Below, piece by piece: positions 52,487 through 64,000 of a stretch of 64,000 nucleotides of DNA (positions are counted from its first letter, which is position 1; the number at the start of each line of letters is the position of its first letter). The stretch lies in the NCBI RefSeq assembly GCF_009914755.1, contig NC_060938.1, one strand, 5' to 3'. The stretch is from the human T2T-CHM13v2.0 reference genome, Homo sapiens. The notes below the pieces were generated by a model that saw only the letters and a program-made list of their open reading frames with translations, did no database searches and was not told the origin of the DNA. Position numbers and translations under genes: made by a program.

Positions 52487-53501
52487 TTTGACCAGAATAC
52501 CCTTGATTACTTGTTCATCTTTACTTTTCTTTCAGGGCAAGCTTTACTGCCTCTGACTCCATTTCTGATTCCTGCAATCAGAAATAGATAGTCTACCTCT
52601 TATATTATGTATATTTCCTTTTATTAAGACATTAATCACATGGTGTTTATGTGTTTCTATCAGAATTAGACTGTAAGGACATGGGGTTTATCAAGGCCAA
52701 CATTGTATTGTTTGTGCCTGACACATACTAGGCCTTGGTAAGATTTAAGGAATGAATTGCTTTTGCCAGTGGAGGGCAACATAGCCATGTAGTTTATAAA
52801 GTAGTAAATTTATAACAAAATTTTTTTATTTCTGAGGTTGTTGATGTGTGGGGATATAATTTAGAAGCAAAATAATGATGTAGTATCTGGAGACCTGATT
52901 AAAAAAGAGTTGGTGTTCAGGTTTCCTTATTTTATCCCCTTGTCCAACTCCACCATTTAATTAATCCTTTGTTTGAAGTAGAAAGGGAAAACTGAGTTTA
53001 GATCTCAGTGATTGGTATTGACCTTTTCTTTCATTAGGCTAACTCAAACCCTTTGAAACAGCTCCTCCCTAGGATTTTGAAAGGGAGTGTAAATGAGCCT
53101 TCAAACTATTTGTATCTTTCTCTCCTCAGTCACATCTCCCGACCATTGGGAGCTCATTAAATATAATTCTCTTTATTGACTCTGGTTGATGCCAGGTGGT
53201 CTCTCTGGTTTTGTGTAGGAGAGATGATGTGTCAATAAGGTCCCCTGTGGCAGAGTCAGATGAGGAGTGATATATCCAACACTGATTCTATAAAGTCAAT
53301 TAGAGGCAATTTGGGGTTGTTTACGTATATCTGTAATAGGATAGGGGAAAGTTACACAATTCACCTTCTTTGTCGTTCTCCTTATTTTTGGAGTTGGACA
53401 TATGCATGCCTAATCTAGCAGTCTGACATCACCTTTCAAGAATGAGAAACTACCTATACTTTTTCAAGAGTGATGAGTTCCACAAGGACCCAGGAATTAT
53501 T

Positions 53502-53530
53502 AAACCGCAATTACTTTTGCACCAACCTAA
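53502..53530 (-). mobile_element. Solo Hsmar1/MADE1 inverted terminal repeat
   Basis: aaaccgcaattacttttgcaccaacctaa followed by TA; no partner ITR nearby. Confidence 0.85.
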
Positions 53531-53680
53531 TACCATATTGTCATCATAAATCACCCCTGGGGACAAAGGGTGGCTGTAGAAGCACTTGAGATAGTTGGTG
53601 TCCAAATTTGTGTCTCTCCAGATGTTCTTCGTTTCAGCAGTGGTACTCATCTGTTGAGTCAGAGAGAGCTTTCCATTTAG

Positions 53681-53992
53681 TTTTTTTATTTATTTTCATT
53701 TATTTATTTATTTATTTTGAGATAGAGTCTTGCTCTGTCACCCAGGTTGGAGTGCAGTGGCATGATCTCGGCTCACTGCAACCTCTGCCCCACTGGGTTC
53801 AGGTGATTCTTCTGCCTCAGTCTCCCGAGTAGCTGGGATTACAGACTACCATGCCTGGCTAATTTTTATATTTTTAGTAGAGACAGGGTTTCACCATGTT
53901 GGCCAGGCTGGTCTGGAACTCCCGACCTTAGGTGATCCACCCGCTTCGGCCTCTCAAAGTGCTGGTATTACAGGTGTGAGCCACCATACCCG
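53681..53992 (-). mobile_element. Alu
   Basis: (TTTA)n tail plus antisense Alu. Confidence 0.9.
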
Positions 53993-54525
53993 TCTCTTTC
54001 CATTTGGTTTGGAATAGATACTAAATTCCAAAACGTCAATATTACTGAAAGTTTGACAATGATGACATCTGAATGATACTCTTTCTGCTTTGATGACAAA
54101 TTATCACCTGTTCTGGTAAATTTCTTGCTGTGCTTACGTTTTTTGTTTTTACTTTTTCCTTATGTTAGTAGATGTTTCCTGGGTCTTTTTTGATACATTG
54201 ATGTATTTACTTCCATCCATTATTAAAATGGAAAGTTAATTTACATATATATAAAACTAAATTCTGTTTTCACATATTCTAATTTACACATAGTAATTGA
54301 AATTTTCAAAATCCAAAGTAGCAGATTATGCTTGTGTTTACTATAAAGGTTATTGCCTATAGTAAAATATGCAATTCTTCTGAAATTGTCTACTGTTGTC
54401 AACCAAGAAGATGATGAGTTTAAGTGTTAGAATACAGGTCAAAAGTGTAAGTTCAATACGTTAAACTTAAGTAAACTTGATTTATATTTACATTAATGAA
54501 GACATTTTAAAAACTTATTTTCTAG

Positions 54526-54648
54526 GACAATCATATCCTGATTCAGCCCTTCCTCCACAAAGGCAAGACAGATTTTGTTCTAATTCTGGTAGACTGTCTG
54601 GACCAGCAGAACTCAGAAGTTTTAATATGCCTTCTTTGGATAAAATGG
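54526..54648 (+). CDS. MIA2: MIA2/CTAGE5 coding exon, 123 nt ([15 protein letters not shown]...MPSLDKM)
   Basis: tttctag| and |gtaaga; phase 1-1; follows an ~18.9-kb intron. Confidence 0.97.
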
Positions 54649-55361
54649 GTAAGAAGTACTTTGTGCTTTTCTTCTTTAAAAATTTTGGTGGCACACTAAA
54701 GAACTGGAAGTTAGAATAAAGACCAATATAATTGCTATCTCTAGTAGTTCCTAAGGCCAAAATCTCTTTCCTGAAAATGTCCTGGTTTTATGTTTCTTGT
54801 TATATTGTACACAGACATGGCATCCAAATATATGTTGGTGGGTTGGTTTGAGCACCATGGAAATAGGTTTACTCCATATACCTATGATGATAAATTTTAC
54901 TCTGTTCTATGACTAATTTTCTAATTTTTCTAGTCCACTTACATGTGTTCTGTTTAGTAATCAGGGAAATAAGCCAGGCAAATGTGAATGGATACATAAA
55001 AACCCACCAGAAAACAATTTAGATGCATGCTCTGTTGATATTGTAATCAGTTATATTAAACATTTCATGCTTAGATATAACTAACATGTACTGAGCAATC
55101 TACTATTTGTCAGGCTGTCTTTTACTTAAACTACCTCATAGCAACCCATTAAAGTTGGGAAATAGATGTATGCAGTGTATCAACCAGAAGTACACAACGT
55201 TAAGAAAATAAAAATTTTTTTTAAAGTCAAGATTTAAATGTATTGGTAAAAGGTTTCCTCAGGAAAGGACATATATTTATATATTATTAAATATATATAA
55301 TAAATAATGTTATATATATAATTTTAAAAATATTGATTTTCTGACATAGTAGACTATATAA

Positions 55362-55650
55362 TATAGCTGGGACTACAGGTGTGCACCACCACACATGGCT
55401 AATTTTTTGTAAAGATGAGGTTTCGACATGTTGTTGAGGCTGGTCTTGAACTCCTGGGCTCAAGCAATCCACCTGCCTTGGTCTCCCAAAGTGCTGGGAT
55501 TACAAGCATGAGACACCTTGCTCAGCCTGGAAAGTCAGTATTTTATTTTATTTATTTTTTAATTATTATTTTTGAGACAGAGTCTCTGTTGCCCAGACTG
55601 GAGTGCAGTGGCTCCATCTCGGCTCCACTGCAACCTCCGCCTCCTGGGTT
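55362..55650 (-). mobile_element. Two Alu fragments
   Basis: Partial Alu at 55362-55528; 3' fragment at 55562-55650. Confidence 0.8.
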
Positions 55651-55962
55651 AAAGAGAAACCCAGGAGGTTTCACTTGTGTCAAGCACAAGTGAAAAATGA
55701 CCAGTAAGACAAGGACATTTATAACTGGCTGAAGTCATGGACTTTGGAGTCTAGTTAGTTGGGGAAGGAAGTGAGGGAGGAAACTCAGTGGTCAGAAGCA
55801 TCAGTGACTTCCAAGGACTGATGTAGTGAGAATAAATGAGAAAGCTACAAGAGGAGAGGTAGTTGTGGTCAGAGAGGATTGCATTTCTTGATGATAACAA
55901 AGTTCGGGAACATTTATTTCGGAACAGTAGCTAAATTTCAGTAGCTAGTCTCTCTTACTTAA

Positions 55963-56058
55963 TGGAGGAATAAGGACGGAAGGAAGAAGAGGAGGAAGGA
56001 GAAGAGGATAGGAGGCAAACATAAAAGGAGGGAGGAGGAAAAGAAGGAAGGAGGGAGA
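55963..56058. repeat. Purine-rich (GGA/GAA) low-complexity tract
   Basis: Direct inspection. Confidence 0.8.
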
Positions 56059-56334
56059 TGCTTCCTCCCAGATGTCTTCTTAGCATTCTGCTCCAGCAGG
56101 ATTGCTTAGGAACTAGCCAGAGAAATAATTGCCACATGCCATCATAGAACTCTGAGTCTGCCAGAATTTCTAGGGACCTCAAGCTGTTCTTGTGGCCGCA
56201 ATATAGGATATTGGTGTCCAGCTGGCTTATGTGCCAACAAGGGGAGTGGGAAAATACCAATTTTGTGATCTGGAGATACTCTAGGAATAAAGTGATAAAT
56301 CATGTACTTTTCATGGTTTAACTTTTATGTCTAG

Positions 56335-56393
56335 ATGGGTCAATGCCTTCAGAAATGGAATCCAGTAGAAATGATACCAAAGATGATCTTGGT
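56335..56393 (+). CDS. MIA2: MIA2/CTAGE5 coding exon, 59 nt (DGSMPSEMESSRNDTKDDLG)
   Basis: gtctag| and |gtaagt; phase 1-0. Confidence 0.96.
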
Positions 56394-56397
56394 GTAA

Positions 56398-56733
<336 letters not shown>

Positions 56734-57363
56734 CTGAGCCACTGTGCCTGGCCTGTGCCTTCTAATCTCATGCTTTACTAGAATAGAAATATAGCTAATA
56801 ATCTAGGTTTTGATATAAAGCTGATTTTCTCTTTTTGATTAATATACTTTCTACTTAGCGTGAAAGCTGTTTCTTTTGTAGATGGTAACCTATGGTGATA
56901 AAATACAATTTGCAGACTAGGAGTTTGAGTTAGTTTAAGATTTTAGTTCCCTCCCCATCCTTGGATTTTTATTTGAATATTTTAAAGTATATTTTTGTTT
57001 ATTAAGATATTGATTTTTGGAAAATATAAACATAGACATTTTGCTTTTTCTTTTTTTCCAGTATATATTTGATACAATAGTATATATTTTAGTGCTCTTG
57101 GGTTAAATTTCTGTTTTATCTTTAGCCAGACTGTTACTTTGTTGGTTAAAGCTGTTTTCTGTTGACTTAATAAAATATTTATGATAACTAAAATGTGATA
57201 GCTGATACATTACTGTGGAAAGCTGTTTGAATCTTTCTCTAGAGCTTTCTAAGACTATCATGGAATGCTTTCTGTCTAGATGATTTCTTCTAAGCCTGAG
57301 ATTTTCGGGAAAATGATTGCAAATTTACTGTTTTAGTGACTGCCATATGTCAATTTGTTGTAG

Positions 57364-57598
57364 AATTTAAATGTGCCTGATTCATCTCTCCCTGCTGAAA
57401 ATGAAGCCACTGGCCCTGGCTTTGTTCCTCCACCTCTTGCTCCAATCAGAGGTCCATTGTTTCCAGTGGATGCAAGAGGCCCATTCTTGAGAAGAGGACC
57501 TCCTTTCCCCCCACCTCCTCCAGGAGCCATGTTTGGAGCTTCTCGAGATTATTTTCCACCAAGGGATTTCCCAGGTCCACCACCTGCTCCATTTGCAA
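57364..57598 (+). CDS. MIA2: MIA2/CTAGE5 penultimate coding exon, 235 nt, proline-rich (NLNVPDSS...[10 protein letters not shown]...PPPAPFA)
   Basis: ttgtag| and |gtatgc; phase 0-1; PPP motifs typical of the Sec23-binding proline-rich domain of the TANGO1/cTAGE5 family. Confidence 0.97.
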
Positions 57599-58718
57599 GT
57601 ATGCTTTTTTAAACTTTTTTTTTAAAGCTCAATATGTGTTTTATTAATCGGAGATTTAATTTTACTATCTGTTAATGTAGTAACACAGTGGAGGAAAGTT
57701 TTTTCTAGCATTCTGTGAATCTGAAAATTCTCATTACTTTTCCGAATTGGGAAGGCAGCCAGCCATAAGTGGACTGCAATGAGGTTTCAGCTTGATTCAT
57801 CTTAATAATATAGAATTATTTCTGTATTTTGGCAGTCAAGAAAATAATTGACTTTTTGCAGGTCTTACGATAAAACTAAAATTATCTGTACCTTATTTGG
57901 TAGCAACTGGTTATTCTGACAGTTAGTGAAAATAATAACTTATATTCTAGCATTAAAATTACTGGCTAAGATATTTTTTAAAGTCTTTTTCATAAGTAGT
58001 TCTGATGCAGTCCTACTTATTTAAAACTTAAAATGTATTTATTACGTTTGACCGAATTTTTGGATTTATTGAATTCTTTTAAAGCTTCACATAAGAAAAA
58101 GGGAATAATATGTTGCTTTTATATTCATACTTTACTGTTTTGAACTATAGGGTTCTGCAGAATAAATATGTGGTTACCAAATACTAGGCTTTGCCTATGA
58201 ATGTCTCATATAGTCTTTCCTTCCCTTGTTTCTCTTCTCTTTTTAAAGTTAAAGGTGAATTAAAATGAATTTTGTTTGGGGAAATTTTAAGGTGGCCTTT
58301 GATATTACTGGAAATGTTTTAGTATAATATCAAATTAGAATTGGGAATCACTAATACGAATTTTAAGTTTGTTGAAAATTATATTACATGCAGATGTTTT
58401 TTGAGGACTTTGATAATGAAAGAAAAAAGTGATTTACAGTAAGTTTTATATATTTTGAAATAATTCCTCTTTTTTAAAAAACAGGTGTTAAGATAGGACA
58501 AAAATTACATAAAAATTAATGATATTTCCTTTAATCATCTGTATTTGAAGAGGTACGTTTTTCTCAATGTAAAAATTAATTTGTTAGATCAAGTAATTAT
58601 CTAGTGTCAATTTTCAAATAAAAGAATAGGTAATGGAAGTTATAAACTTAATGATTTATTAGGGCACAGTACAGGTTCTTAAAGTTAAAAAATGTCTTTT
58701 ACCAATCTCTTTGAACAG

Positions 58719-58885
58719 TGAGAAATGTCTATCCACCGAGGGGTTTTCCTCCTTACCTTCCCCCAAGACCTGGATTTTTCCCCCCACCCCCACATTCTGA
58801 AGGTAGAAGTGAGTTCCCCTCAGGTTTGATTCCACCTTCAAATGAGCCTGCTACTGAACATCCAGAACCACAGCAAGAAACCTGA
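58719..58885 (+). CDS. MIA2: MIA2/CTAGE5 terminal coding exon (MRNVYPPRGFPP...HPEPQQET*)
   Basis: gaacag| acceptor; TGA at 58883-58885. The residue count closes at 804, matching the recalled cTAGE5 length. Confidence 0.97.
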
Positions 58886-59900
58886 CAATATTTTTGCTCT
58901 CTTCAAAAGTAATTTTGACTGATCTCATTTTCAGTTTAAGTAACTGCTGTTACTTAAGTGATTACACTTTTGCTCAAATTGAAGCTTAATGGAATTATAA
59001 TTCTCAGGATAGTATTTTGTAAATAAAGATGATTTAAATATGAATCTTATGAGTAAATTATTTCAATTTTATTTTAGACGGTATAACTATTTCAATTTGA
59101 TTAATCCACTATTATATAAACAATAGTGGGAGTTTTATATATGTAATCTTTCAGGTGGGGAGGCTTTAAATTCTGAAGTCTGTGTCTTTATGCCAAGAAC
59201 TGTATTTACTGTGGTTGTGGACAAATGTGAAAGTAACTTTATGCTTAAATAAATTATAGTTGATTTAAAGATTTGTTTGGCATTGATAATAATAAAATCA
59301 GTAGTTTTTCTATAACTATGGCTCTATTAACTTTTTTCCTTTTACCAATAACTTTGAGGTGCAAAACTCAAACTTATGTGGGTCTTTTGTGTTCAATTAT
59401 GTTATGACAAATGTGCTCTCTTTCTTGTAAATAGACATGAGTGGCCCAAAGCAACAAATTAATACACTTTTAAAAGTCAAAATTGATTATATTTTAAAGA
59501 TAACCAGGATATTATCTAATGGTGAATTGTAGAATTTTGATCTTCTTATTCACTGAGTTTCTTGCACGGTTTCTTTATTGCTTTTTTTTCCCCGCCTGTT
59601 CTTTTGTAAGGTATTTACTATTTTCTGTGGAGGATATTGAGATGTACTACAGGATAACTGTAGTGAATGATGTGTCATCATTTTGAGCTTTGGACTCAAT
59701 ATCTTTAGTGTTTCCCTAAATCAGATTTGTAGGTCATGTTAAGCTTCTTGCACATTAATATGATTATGGAAGGAAAGGCAGTGAAGCATAACTAATAAAC
59801 ATCATAATACTTAACGTTGCCCAGTTGGTTGTTTTAGTATTAGACTTTTTTTTCAATGCCAAAAGATAGAAGATTAAATATTCTTGAATAAAGCAGTGAT
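58886..59900 (+). terminator. MIA2: 3'UTR with tandem polyadenylation signals
   Basis: Repeat-free AU-rich sequence after the stop codon; AATAAA at 59022, 59248, 59291, 59794 and 59887. The true 3' end(s) cannot be determined from sequence alone. Confidence 0.7.
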
Positions 59901-60109
59901 ATATATTGGAACACTTCACCCCAGCATTTCCCCAGGTGTTGTTTGGAACACTGATCTTGTGAAGTATTTTTGCTCCCTTTCTATTCTAACCCTCACCTCA
60001 AAAAAAAAAAACAAAAAACAAAAAACTAAAAAGAAATACTTGAACTGAATGCTTGGTTAAAATATTAAGTAAAATGAAGACTGTGAAAATGTAATTACAT
60101 TTAGTGCTT

Positions 60110-60325
60110 ACCGTGGTCTGAATGTGTTCCCCAAAATTCTTATGTTGAAATACTAACCCCCAAGGTGATGTATTAGGAAGTAGCCTTTTGGGAGGTGATT
60201 AAGTTATGGGGGTGGAGACTTCATGAATGGGATTTGTGCCCTTATAAAAGAGGCTCAAGGGAGCTTGTTCACCCCTTCCACCTTGTAGGAGTATGCAGCA
60301 AGAAGGTTCCATCTCTGAGGCAGGG
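60110..60325 (+). mobile_element. MaLR LTR fragment (MLT1A/MST-like)
   Basis: tggtctgaatgtgttcccc...tgggaggtgatta...gcccttataaaagagg. Confidence 0.72.
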
Positions 60326-60342
60326 AGCTAGAAACCTCACCG

Positions 60343-60527
60343 CAGTCTCCCAAGTAGCTGGGACTACAGGCGTCCACCACCACATCTGGCGAATTTTTTT
60401 TGTATTTTTAGTAGAGACAGGGTTTCACCATGTTAGCCAGGATGGTCTCAATCTCCTGACCTCATGATCTGCCTGCCTCGTTCTGCCAGAGTGCTGGGAT
60501 TACAGGCGTGAGCCACCGCGCCTGGCC
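60343..60527 (-). mobile_element. Alu fragment
   Basis: Partial antisense Alu joined to the LTR fragment. Confidence 0.85.
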
Positions 60528-61161
60528 AGTTTATATTTCTTTCTCAGTAAATCCAGTGTCGTAATTCCTGAGTCACTCAGAAGGGAATGTTCTTAAACAT
60601 CAAAGTCAAATGACCGATTTTTTTTTTACCTTTTATTTTATTCTTCCCTCATTTGGCAGTAATAGGCTAATGATACATTTAGTTTGCTTTATACTTAGGC
60701 CAGGTATACAATTTCCCCTTCTTACTGTTCCGATGAATTTTCTTCTTCTTTTTTGTCTCCTCAAATTAACCTTTATTATATCCAGATTTAAAAAAAATTC
60801 TCTTCAATATTGTTTTTGGCTTTTTTTTTTTTTTTGGTTGAATACTTTCATCATGGAGGCCTGCTGCAAACCATACTGGTTGCTCTCTTGGCCTGTGAAC
60901 AGAGCCTGCCTTTTTACTAATTTCTTGGGATTGCTTCTCTGTTCCATGTGAATCATCTATCTTGGTGTTTTTATTTCTTTATTCTATTTTATTTATCTTG
61001 TCTTTGGTTTTGTTGGAGTTCACTCTCAAGTAAAATCTTAAAAAAGGATATATGCAATATAAAATGTGAATCCTTTGATGTCTGAAAATCTCAATTCCCC
61101 TTCTTCCTTTTATTGGTGTTAGTTTATCAGGGTATGAAATTGTAGGTCAGAATTTGGAGTA

Positions 61162-61345
61162 TAGTCACCTCTTTGGTATCTGTGGGGGACTGGTTCCAGG
61201 ACCCCCACAGATACCAAAATCCATGGATGCTCAAGTCTCTTATATAAAATGGCTTAGTATTTGCCTATAACTGTACTTCTTCCCATATATTTTAAATCAC
61301 GTCTAGTTTACTTATTAATGCTGTATAAATAGTTGTTATACTGTA
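61162..61345. mobile_element. TcMar-Tigger MITE fragment (MER2-like)
   Basis: ggtatctgtgggggactggttccaggacccc...ataccaaaatccatggatgctcaagtc. Confidence 0.75.
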
Positions 61346-61369
61346 TTTTTAAATTACATTTTTAAGGTT

Positions 61370-62195
61370 ATTTAAATAGACTAGAAGTGTATATGTTGTA
61401 CACAGAATGATATTTTGAAGTATGTATGCATGTAGAATCACTAAGTTGAGCTAGTTAACATATATTTTACCTTGGATACTCATTTTTTATATTGAGAATA
61501 CTTCAAATTTAATCTTTTAGTGATTTTTCAAGTATTAAGATATTGTTATTAGGGTCTTCAAGTTGTACAGTAGATCTCTTGAACTTATTCCTCCTGCATG
61601 ACTGAAATTTTGTATCCTTTGACCAGTATCTCCCCAGTTCCTCTTCACCCCACCCCATCCTCTTCCACTGATTCTTTTTCTTTTATTGGCACATAATATT
61701 TTACGTATTAGTGAGGTACATGTGAGTGTTACTTGCATAGACTGTGTAATGATCAAGTCAGGGTATTTGGGGGTATCCACCATCTTGAGTATTTATCATT
61801 TCTGTACATATGATTATCATTTCAAGTCCTCTTTTGTGATTACTTTGAAATATATAAAATATTGTTACTAAGTATCATCACTATCAAAATTATCAAAGAT
61901 TAGAATTTATTTCATCTAACTGTATGTTTGTACCCATAACCAACCTCTCTTCATGTTCCCCTCACACCCAAAAGCCCTTTCCAGTCTCTGGTATCTATCA
62001 TTCTATTCTCTGTGTACATGAGATTAAGTTTTTTAACTCCCCCATATGAGTGAGAACATGTGGTATTTATCATTCTGTGCCTGCCTTATTTCACTTAATT
62101 TAATGAATTCCAGTTCCATCCATGTTGCTGCAAATGATGTGATTTCATTTTTTATGACTGAATAGTATTCCTTTGTGTATATATACCACATTTTC
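61370..62195 (-). mobile_element. Two old L1MA 3' ends in tandem
   Basis: L1MA-type 3'UTR motifs (agatctcttgaacttattcctcct; atgagtgagaacatgtggtattt). Confidence 0.72.

Positions 62196-64000
<1,805 letters not shown>

Noticed and set aside
53502-53530. miR-548-type miRNA hairpin
   Set aside because: Only one arm of MADE1 is present, so no hairpin is possible.
57331-57363. Alternative acceptor 27 nt upstream of the penultimate exon (ttttag|TGA)
   Set aside because: It would give an immediate stop, and nothing beyond the AG supports it.
57333-57530. Gly-rich minus-strand ORF
   Set aside because: It is the antisense shadow of the Pro-rich MIA2 exon.

Overview
Human genomic DNA: an L1HS-Ta element and AluY copies are present. 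The window holds the 3' ~85% of the coding region of MIA2/CTAGE5 (cTAGE5/MEA6, an ER-exit-site cargo receptor of the TANGO1 family) on the + strand. I traced 19 GT-AG coding exons, from ...ATCEKLNRS (1922) to ...EPQQET* (58885). All splice phases are consistent, and the exons encode the coiled-coil region and the C-terminal proline-rich domain. There is also a likely 27-nt in-frame microexon (1331-1357), and a 3'UTR with several AATAAA signals. The introns are dense in Alu, L1, L2, MIR, MaLR and DNA-transposon relics. The most unusual items are: (1) a ~95-bp insertion at 7209-7303 that is the HERV-H LTR7 R region plus poly(A), flanked by a 13-bp TSD at a TTTT/AA site and carrying an extra 5' G, which looks like an L1-retroposed copy of a tiny capped LTR-derived RNA; (2) a very young, 5'-truncated L1HS-Ta inserted into an Alu tail; (3) the microexon and several candidate poison/cryptic exons, some next to UG-rich tracts; (4) a solo Hsmar1 ITR with a perfect SETMAR site. 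Repeat family and subfamily names come from recalled consensus sequences, and repeat boundaries are approximate. Most ORFs in the supplied track are repeat-derived artefacts.
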